Origin: a virus
Strand: one strand, 5' to 3'
IMG/VR virus record: IMGVR_UViG_3300042806_000475
DNA: 12,799 nt
Shown here: piece after piece, positions 6,110-11,594 of the stretch
How positions within the stretch are numbered: position 1 is the first letter of the stretch
Layout of the letters: the number at the start of each line of letters is the position of its first letter
Notes under the pieces: model-generated
Told to the model about the DNA's origin: nothing
What the model saw: only the letters and a program-made list of their open reading frames with translations
Databases searched by the model: none
Made by a program: the position numbers and the translations under genes

Positions 6110-6198
6110 TTTTTATCTTTTTACCAGAGGTACAAAGATAATAAATTTTAAACTAAAAGTTTAACCAACGCACACTATTTTTAAAAAAAAGTTTTTTT

Positions 6199-6229
6199 AT
6201 TGTATTTTCAAGTAATTTTTGTAACTTTG
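6199..6229 (+). promoter_or_regulatory. Candidate Bacteroidota-type promoter of the late unit (-33-like ATTG, -7 box TAACTTTG)
   Basis: TAACTTTG at 6222-6229 fits TAnnTTTG. ATTG at 6199-6202 lies 19 nt upstream. The ATG at 6237 is so close that the mRNA would have almost no leader. Confidence 0.35.
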
Positions 6230-6236
6230 TAGCAGT

Positions 6237-6680
6237 ATGGCAGCAAAAAAATGGCTAGCAGCCCTAGTTGGCGCAGCAGCAGTTTACTGGGTTTACAGCA
6301 AGTACCGCTTTTCGCAAGGCGTTAGCTTTGTAATATCCAGGGTGGGCCTAGGTGGATCATTTTTAGATCCACAGATCAATATAGAAATAACTATTAATAA
6401 CCCAACAGCATTTACAACAGAATTAAGCAATTTAAGGGCGCAGCTATATTTAGCAAGCGGTACAAAGGTTGCTGATGTTTATTACAACAATAGAACGGTA
6501 ATTTTAGCTAATAGCCAGGCTATTTTGCCACTGGTAGCGGTTACCACACTAGAAGGGGCAATAACTTCAATTCGCGAACTTATTAAGGATAAAAAGGCTG
6601 ATTTTAGATTAGCTGGTACGGCTCAGGTTGACGGCGTTTTATTACCTTTTGACATAAAATACAGTTTTAATGGTTTCTAA
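6237..6680 (+). CDS. N-terminally anchored membrane protein with a LEA_2/WHy-like beta-sandwich domain
   Basis: TM segment WLAALVGAAAVYWVY. INIEITINNPTAFTTELSNLRAQLYLASGTKVADV ... ADFRLAGTAQVDGVLLPFDIKYSF follows the LEA_2 pattern (NPN-type strand, then y-x-l-x-l-x-G, then a C-terminal y-x-l-x-G ... pf) from memory. Confidence 0.5.
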   Translation: MAAKKWLAALVGAAAVYWVYSKYRFSQGVSFVISRVGLGGSFLDPQINIEITINNPTAFTTELSNLRAQLYLASGTKVADVYYNNRTVILANSQAILPLVAVTTLEGAITSIRELIKDKKADFRLAGTAQVDGVLLPFDIKYSFNGF

Positions 6681-7632
6681 AAACGCAGTTTTACAAAAAC
6701 TGGCGCCTTTCCAGAATTATAAAAAGGTAGTTAGTAGTGATCAAACCGTTACTGATATTATAGATGGAATTGTTGAAACGCACTATAAGTACCAGGACGA
6801 ATACGATAAGATCAGTGATTATTTTGTCGGTGAAAGTGAACTAGAAACGGCGAGAAATATTTTTAACTTTTTAAAGTCCAGTGTACCTTACTTTATTGAA
6901 AGTAACAATAAACAGACATTAAGAAGCCCTAGCGCCATTTTAGCTTTAAGACAGGGCGCTGACTGTAAAAGTTACGCGCTGTTTGCAAATGGGGTGCTAG
7001 ATAGTTTAAACAGAAAAGGTATTTTAGAAGTGCCACTAGCGTTTAGATTTGCGGGATATAAAGATACAACCAGGGAGCCACAGCACGTTTTTGCTGTTAT
7101 GTACCCAGGAACAAAAAATGAAATCTGGATTGATCCTGTATTATCTAGATTTAACGAGAAAAGACAACCTAGTTTTTACAAAGATAAAAAAATAAAAATG
7201 GCACTAATTGCATTAAGCGGCGTTGGTTACACAGCAAGCGACAAACGCGCAGAAATGGAAGCGTATAGAGATAAACTTGTTAGAGATCGCGACAGATTAT
7301 TACAAGCTGGCGTAATTACGCCAGGATCTAGTAAAGAGCTTCAATATAAAGTAGCAATTAATAAAGTAACTGTTGCGCTTCAAGATTTACCAAGTGTGTC
7401 TGGAATTGGCGAATTTGACTGGCAAAATGCGTTTAGTAGTTTAGTAACAGCGGCTCCGGATATTATAAGTGCGTCGCGTCCTGGTGGCAGTTATGTACCA
7501 GGCCAGTATCAACAGCAGCCGTTTATGCCAATGCAGCAACAGCCTGAGCAAAGATCTGGAATTAGCACAAACACAATTTTGCTAATAGGTGGTGCGGCAC
7601 TAGCAGCGTTTTTAATCTTTAAGAAAAAGTAA
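6670..7632 (+). CDS. Transglutaminase-like (papain-fold) Cys-His-Asp protein with a Gln-rich linker and C-terminal TM anchor; candidate virion lytic/entry enzyme
   Basis: QGADCKSYALFA supplies the Cys, QHVFAV lies 40 residues later (His), and WIDPV lies 16 residues after that (Asp). This matches the GxxCxx[FY]A / H[AS][WF] / DP signature and spacing. The C-terminus has PGQYQQQPFMPMQQQPEQ followed by ILLIGGAALAAFLIFKKK. Confidence 0.6.
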   Translation: MVSKNAVLQKLAPFQNYKKVVSSDQTVTDIIDGIVETHYKYQDEYDKISDYFVGESELETARNIFNFLKSSVPYFIESNNKQTLRSPSAILALRQGADCKSYALFANGVLDSLNRKGILEVPLAFRFAGYKDTTREPQHVFAVMYPGTKNEIWIDPVLSRFNEKRQPSFYKDKKIKMALIALSGVGYTASDKRAEMEAYRDKLVRDRDRLLQAGVITPGSSKELQYKVAINKVTVALQDLPSVSGIGEFDWQNAFSSLVTAAPDIISASRPGGSYVPGQYQQQPFMPMQQQPEQRSGISTNTILLIGGAALAAFLIFKKK

Positions 7633-8288
7633 TGATAATAAGATGTAGAGGGTGTGGCTGGAAGTGGAATTTATCCAAAGGCGGTTATGATCCTTACATT
7701 TGCCATAAATGCGGTATGAATAATAAAAGATATTATAATAACAGAAATTTAGGAGTTGTGCCACTGGTAGCAGTAGCGGCTGCTAAGCCTATTTCTGCGC
7801 TTGTTTCTGCTGGTATTGCTGCCTTACCTGGTATAATTAGCTTTATTAGAAATATATCTGCGCGTCCAGCTGGCGAAGCACGCGACGTAATTAATGAAGT
7901 TAAAAAGGCTATTTCTAATACAGACGCTAGAAATAGATTAGCGCTAGTAGTAGCAGCGAGCCAAAGAAATTTTAAGGCCGCAGATGTAGACGTTAATGAA
8001 TTATTATACTGGTACCGCCAAAATTACCCAGAAGATTATAAACAATTATTGCCAGAAGATAAACTTTATTGGAATACTTATCTGGATAATTATAGAACTA
8101 GATTTTTATTACAAAGGCCCGATTTGCAAAATAATTTTTTAAATAGATCTTATTTTACAAAGGAGCAAATTAATTATAAGCCAGAAGTGCCAGGATCACC
8201 AGAAACGCAAAAAGCTGGAATGAATATTTTAGTTACACTGGCTATTGTTGGCGCTGGTATTTTCGCACTATCAAAAATGAAAAAATAA
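7632..8288 (+). CDS. Zinc-ribbon (CxxC-x16-CxxC) membrane protein
   Basis: The N-terminus is MIIRCRGCGWKWNLSKGGYDPYICHKCG. Hydrophobic segments are VVPLVAVAAAKPISALVSAGIAALPGIISFI and, at the C-terminus, ILVTLAIVGAGIFAL. TAATG overlaps occur at both ends. Confidence 0.6.
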   Translation: MIIRCRGCGWKWNLSKGGYDPYICHKCGMNNKRYYNNRNLGVVPLVAVAAAKPISALVSAGIAALPGIISFIRNISARPAGEARDVINEVKKAISNTDARNRLALVVAASQRNFKAADVDVNELLYWYRQNYPEDYKQLLPEDKLYWNTYLDNYRTRFLLQRPDLQNNFLNRSYFTKEQINYKPEVPGSPETQKAGMNILVTLAIVGAGIFALSKMKK

Positions 8289-8923
8289 TGACCGCAGCAC
8301 AAAAAGCAGCAAAGGCAAATTTCAAAAAGGCCATTGAGTACAGAAAAAAAACTGGCGTTTCTTTAAAAGAAGCGTTTGCGCACGTTTACGGTAAAAAGAA
8401 AGTAGGCGCGGCACCTAAAAAGAAGGCAGCAAAAAAGGCAGCACCTAAAAAGGCGGCTAAAAAAGTTGTAAAGAAGGCAGCAAAAAAAGCAGCACCTAAA
8501 AAAGTAGCTAGAAAAGTTGTAAAAAAAGCGGCACCTAAAAGATCTGTAAGTTTACATAAAGACACTAAAAGCCATAACGTTAATATTCGTGTAATTTCTG
8601 GATATAAAAAAATTGGAAATTTAGATGAAATTAATAAGGGTGATATTTTAGTTTCACATTGGGGATATGATCAAACAAACGTAGATTTTTTTTATGTAGT
8701 TAAAAAAACTGGTTTGGGAGTTAGTTTAATACCAATGGGCGAAAAAATTGTTGAATATAAGGATATGTCTGGTAGAGTTGTACCAGGTGAGCCTAATTAT
8801 ACTGCAAAGCCAATGAATAGAAAAATAAAAAAATATACTGGCGGAGTATATGTAAGAATTAATAGCTTTTCATATGCTAGAAAGTGGAACGGACAACCAG
8901 AATATTTTTCAAATTATGCGTAA
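8288..8923 (+). CDS. Histone-H1-like Lys/Ala/Pro-repeat DNA-binding protein with an unrelated C-terminal domain
   Basis: Residues 38-85 read GAAPKKKAAKKAAPKKAAKKVVKKAAKKAAPKKVARKVVKKAAPKR. The C-terminal ~125 aa are not low-complexity (HKDTKSHNVNIRVISGYKK...). Confidence 0.6.
   Translation: MTAAQKAAKANFKKAIEYRKKTGVSLKEAFAHVYGKKKVGAAPKKKAAKKAAPKKAAKKVVKKAAKKAAPKKVARKVVKKAAPKRSVSLHKDTKSHNVNIRVISGYKKIGNLDEINKGDILVSHWGYDQTNVDFFYVVKKTGLGVSLIPMGEKIVEYKDMSGRVVPGEPNYTAKPMNRKIKKYTGGVYVRINSFSYARKWNGQPEYFSNYA
8411..8542 (+). repeat. In-frame imperfect tandem repeats encoding the AAPKK units
   Basis: gcacctaaaa recurs at 8411, 8441, 8492 and 8531. The spacings of 30, 51 and 39 nt are all multiples of 3. 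Confidence 0.8.
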
Positions 8924-8925
8924 AA

Positions 8926-9204
8926 ATGTACAAAATTTCTTTATATACTAAAAGAAAGGCAAAAGCGTTAAATGTAATTGTCTTACCTAGTGAAAAGAAA
9001 AATAAAAAAATAGATGTTTATGATGTTTACGGTAATTTATTAGCAAGCGTGGGTGATCCTAATTATTTAGATTATCCTAGCTTTTTAAGATATTGCGGTA
9101 AAAAGATAGCAGACGAAAAAAGAAAACTATATAAAATAAGACACCAGAAAGATAGAACGGTTAAAGGATCCCCAGGATATTACGCCGATCAATTACTTTG
9201 GTAA
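8926..9204 (+). CDS. Small basic conserved-type viral protein (92 aa) ending ...RHQKDRTVKGSPGYYADQLLW
   Basis: Internal Met at 8926 chosen as start, 2 nt after the upstream stop; the 8884 start would overlap by 40 nt. The KKIDVYD...G...DYP...KRKLYKIRH...GSPGYYA..LLW pattern resembles a small family I recall from phages and giant viruses. The family name is not recalled with certainty. Confidence 0.55.
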   Translation: MYKISLYTKRKAKALNVIVLPSEKKNKKIDVYDVYGNLLASVGDPNYLDYPSFLRYCGKKIADEKRKLYKIRHQKDRTVKGSPGYYADQLLW

Positions 9205-9239
9205 ATTAAATACTTCACAACAATTTAAAAACAAAAAAA

Positions 9240-9665
9240 ATGCGTAGAAGAAAAGCAGCAAAAAAAAGCCCTAGACGTCGCAGAATGTCTGGAATTGGCA
9301 AAGTAGGCGGCGCAGCGTCATCTGTACTTTATACAGTAGCAGGAGCAGCAGCAGCCCAATTAGTTGGTAAATTTTTACCAGCAGCAACAAACGATAAGAT
9401 CAAAGCAGCAGTTCCAGTTGCAGTAGGTCTTTTCTTACCAAAATTTGTAAAAGGAGCAGCGGGCCAAGGTCTTGCAGCTGGTATGATCGCCGTAGGTGGT
9501 TTAAAACTTGTACAATCTTTTGGAGTGTTAAACGGTATCGGTGCGCTAGCTAGTGATGTAAATTACAAGTTACCAGCAGTTGCAGCATACTACAACCGCG
9601 AAGGATTAGTTGACAAAAGCTATATGACGCCGTCAATAGCTGGCCTGGACGAAGAAGGCTGTTAA
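9240..9665 (+). CDS. Arg-rich N-terminus plus Gly/Ala-rich multi-pass membrane protein (virion membrane / DNA-tether candidate)
   Basis: MRRRKAAKKSPRRRRMSG is followed by hydrophobic segments VLYTVAGAAAAQLVGKFL, AAVPVAVGLFLP and GLAAGMIAVGGL. Confidence 0.6.
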   Translation: MRRRKAAKKSPRRRRMSGIGKVGGAASSVLYTVAGAAAAQLVGKFLPAATNDKIKAAVPVAVGLFLPKFVKGAAGQGLAAGMIAVGGLKLVQSFGVLNGIGALASDVNYKLPAVAAYYNREGLVDKSYMTPSIAGLDEEGC

Positions 9666-9675
9666 TTATTTTCTT

Positions 9676-9694
9676 TTCACCTTTATTAAAAAAA
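9676..9694 (+). promoter_or_regulatory. Conserved intergenic motif TTCACCTTTA-TTAAAAAAA upstream of the candidate capsid gene
   Basis: The 10-mer TTCACCTTTA is shared exactly with 12564-12573. Both copies follow a TAA stop plus a pyrimidine run and precede an A-run. Confidence 0.4.
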
Positions 9695-9711
9695 TAAAAA
9701 ACTTATAGCAA

Positions 9712-10371
9712 ATGGCAACTCAAATGGGAAGCAGAATGGTTTTCGAAAATGCGAAAACCTTAGTGCGCAGTTTAGGTTATAGTGTAGAACACGCTAAATT
9801 GACGCAGTCATATTTACGCAGTGAAGTAGCTTTAAGCACTTCAATTGCAAACTATCATTTACCTGTACTTGTAAACGACACTCAAAACGGTGCAAGCCGC
9901 GTAAACGAGAAGCGTTTAAACCTACAAGATATTTTTGTAACAACAGAAATTGCAGTTTTAATTGGTGTTGGTAACGCTACAAACACAAAAGCGCCGCTTT
10001 ATACTTATCCAAATGGCGTTGTGTTTACTTCTGCCACTGATGATGATCTTTTAAGTATTTACAACGGTTATTTAAACCTTACAATTAATAACGAACAAGT
10101 ATTACCAGCTTGGGACGTTTTACGCCACTACTTTGTGCCACAAACACAGGGCGGCGTAGGTATTACAGCGCAAACTGTTTTTCCAGTGGATCAGTGGGCT
10201 GCAAGCCAAGATGGTTTCTACCCAGTTGAGCCAGGTATTGTGATGAACGGTGCGGCAAACATCAATTTCCAGCTTACTGCAAATGGTGCGCCAGCAACAG
10301 TTTTATCGAATAGCTTTATTTGTGTTATTCAGCGCGGTATCTTATGCCAAAACGTTACTACTGTTAAATAG
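9712..10371 (+). CDS. Candidate major capsid protein (219 aa, beta-rich, soluble)
   Basis: No TM segment and a beta-strand-like alternation throughout (IFVTTEIAVLIGV, YLNLTINN, NINFQLTA, FICVIQRGI). It is preceded by the conserved motif and a long A-rich leader. It is followed by the only internal terminator in the late unit, which is typical of the most abundant virion protein. Confidence 0.45.
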   Translation: MATQMGSRMVFENAKTLVRSLGYSVEHAKLTQSYLRSEVALSTSIANYHLPVLVNDTQNGASRVNEKRLNLQDIFVTTEIAVLIGVGNATNTKAPLYTYPNGVVFTSATDDDLLSIYNGYLNLTINNEQVLPAWDVLRHYFVPQTQGGVGITAQTVFPVDQWAASQDGFYPVEPGIVMNGAANINFQLTANGAPATVLSNSFICVIQRGILCQNVTTVK

Positions 10372-10412
10372 TATTAATGATATGTGCCTGGCGGGCCTTA
10401 ATCGCCGCCGCC

Positions 10413-10441
10413 GACGGTCGGATATTACCGTCACTTTTTTT
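10413..10441 (+). terminator. Rho-independent terminator/attenuator inside the late unit, within a GC-rich island
   Basis: gacggt / accgtc forms a 6-bp GC-rich stem with an 8-nt loop cggatatt, then ac and a T7 run. An additional GGCGG/CCGCC pairing is possible at 10390-10409. Confidence 0.6.
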
Positions 10442-10460
10442 AATTTATTAATTTTAAGAT

Positions 10461-10871
10461 ATGCGTATCAAAAGGTTTGAAGCAGTTGAAATAAACGTGC
10501 CTAGTGGATCTACACTAACACGCTTTTATTTTCCAGATCTGCCACAATTAAGAAACGCAAAGATTGAAGCTGTACAAGTTTATGTAGCTGGCGCAATTAG
10601 TGCAACACCTTTAACTGGATCAACCCCAGTTACAGTTGCGGACGCTAAAAAGTCATTTTTAACTTTGTACCAGGGTGATTTGCAATTAATATATAATATA
10701 CCAATACTAGGTTTAAACAATATTCAGGAAGGTACTACAACGCCTTTTGTTTTTGAATTGCCTAGTATGAACGATATTGATATTAGCTGGACAAAATCCT
10801 TTGTATCTTTGCCATCAGCACTAGCAACTACAAACGTTGCGTATAGTTTTGGCGTTTATTACTATTTGTAA
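10461..10871 (+). CDS. Candidate second capsid / penton protein (136 aa, jelly-roll-sized, beta-rich)
   Basis: Soluble and beta-rich (RFYFPDL, KIEAVQVYVAG, FLTLYQGDLQLIYNIPILG, VAYSFGVYYYL). Its size is typical of single-jelly-roll penton proteins. It is adjacent to the 219-aa candidate. Confidence 0.4.
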   Translation: MRIKRFEAVEINVPSGSTLTRFYFPDLPQLRNAKIEAVQVYVAGAISATPLTGSTPVTVADAKKSFLTLYQGDLQLIYNIPILGLNNIQEGTTTPFVFELPSMNDIDISWTKSFVSLPSALATTNVAYSFGVYYYL

Positions 10872-10883
10872 AATTTTTATGTT

Positions 10884-11594
10884 ATGGCAGCTTTTAGGCC
10901 CGAAATATTTACCATTGATGAAGTCGTAAACTTTTACGACGCAGCAGAAGGAAGCGAATATAAAATTTTTGCTGGCGTTAACCCAACGCCGCAATATTTG
11001 CGTTACAACTTTGTTGGCGAAAAAGAAATAGGACGCCAGGAGCTAGTTAACGCGCTTACACAGTTGCGCAATAACATAGAAAATTACAATCCGTATTTAA
11101 TACAAGTTATTAGCGAGGGAAATACTGGTAGGGGCAAGAAAAAAGAAAGTCCTGTTCTCACCAGTATTTCTTTTCAGCTAAATAGGCCTCAATCAATGTT
11201 ACCAATGCAAGCAATGGCTGGGATCGGTAGCCCTAGAACAGAAATGTTACTAGAAAAGCTAGTTGAGCAAAACGCTATGTTACAAAGTAGGATAGCAGCT
11301 ATTGAAGCAATGGACGAACTAGAAGAAGAAGAAGAAGAAGCACCAAAAAGCCCAATAGATCAAATGTTGAGCAGTCCGCAAGTTCAGGAAGCATTAATAG
11401 CTGGCGTAATGTCTTTAATGTCTGGACTAATTACAAAAGGCGGTGCGCCGACGGCAATAGCTGGGATAGATGATGAAGCAGAAGCAACAGAAATTTTAAG
11501 ATCATTAATGAACAAAGGCGTTACAATAGATCATTTAAGAAAATTAAATGAAATGTCTAGCAGTAAACTTTCTTCATTGTTATTTATGTTATAA
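10884..11594 (+). CDS. Acidic/coiled-coil protein (236 aa); scaffold or assembly-factor candidate
   Basis: The central helical segment TEMLLEKLVEQNAMLQSRIAAIEAMDELEEEEEEAP is followed by a weakly hydrophobic segment ALIAGVMSLMSGLI. Confidence 0.5.
   Translation: MAAFRPEIFTIDEVVNFYDAAEGSEYKIFAGVNPTPQYLRYNFVGEKEIGRQELVNALTQLRNNIENYNPYLIQVISEGNTGRGKKKESPVLTSISFQLNRPQSMLPMQAMAGIGSPRTEMLLEKLVEQNAMLQSRIAAIEAMDELEEEEEEAPKSPIDQMLSSPQVQEALIAGVMSLMSGLITKGGAPTAIAGIDDEAEATEILRSLMNKGVTIDHLRKLNEMSSSKLSSLLFML

Noticed and set aside
8411-8542. Short tandem repeats that could be mistaken for a CRISPR-like or VNTR array
   Set aside because: The units are 30-51 nt and imperfect, all in frame and inside a CDS. 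They encode the AAPKK low-complexity tail. There is no repeat-spacer architecture and there are no cas genes.
10419-10428. GGATATTAC in the terminator hairpin, resembling the NANTATTAC nick site of rolling-circle (HUH Rep) origins
   Set aside because: It has one mismatch to the consensus, and part of the nonamer is in the stem rather than the loop. I found no HUH/Tyr-motif Rep ORF. It is kept only as a remark within the hairpin finding.
10250-10480. 76-aa plus-strand ORF spanning the end of the 219-aa gene, the GC-rich spacer and the next start
   Set aside because: It overlaps two better genes out of frame. It reads through the terminator hairpin (producing RRRRSD from the GC island) and has no independent support.
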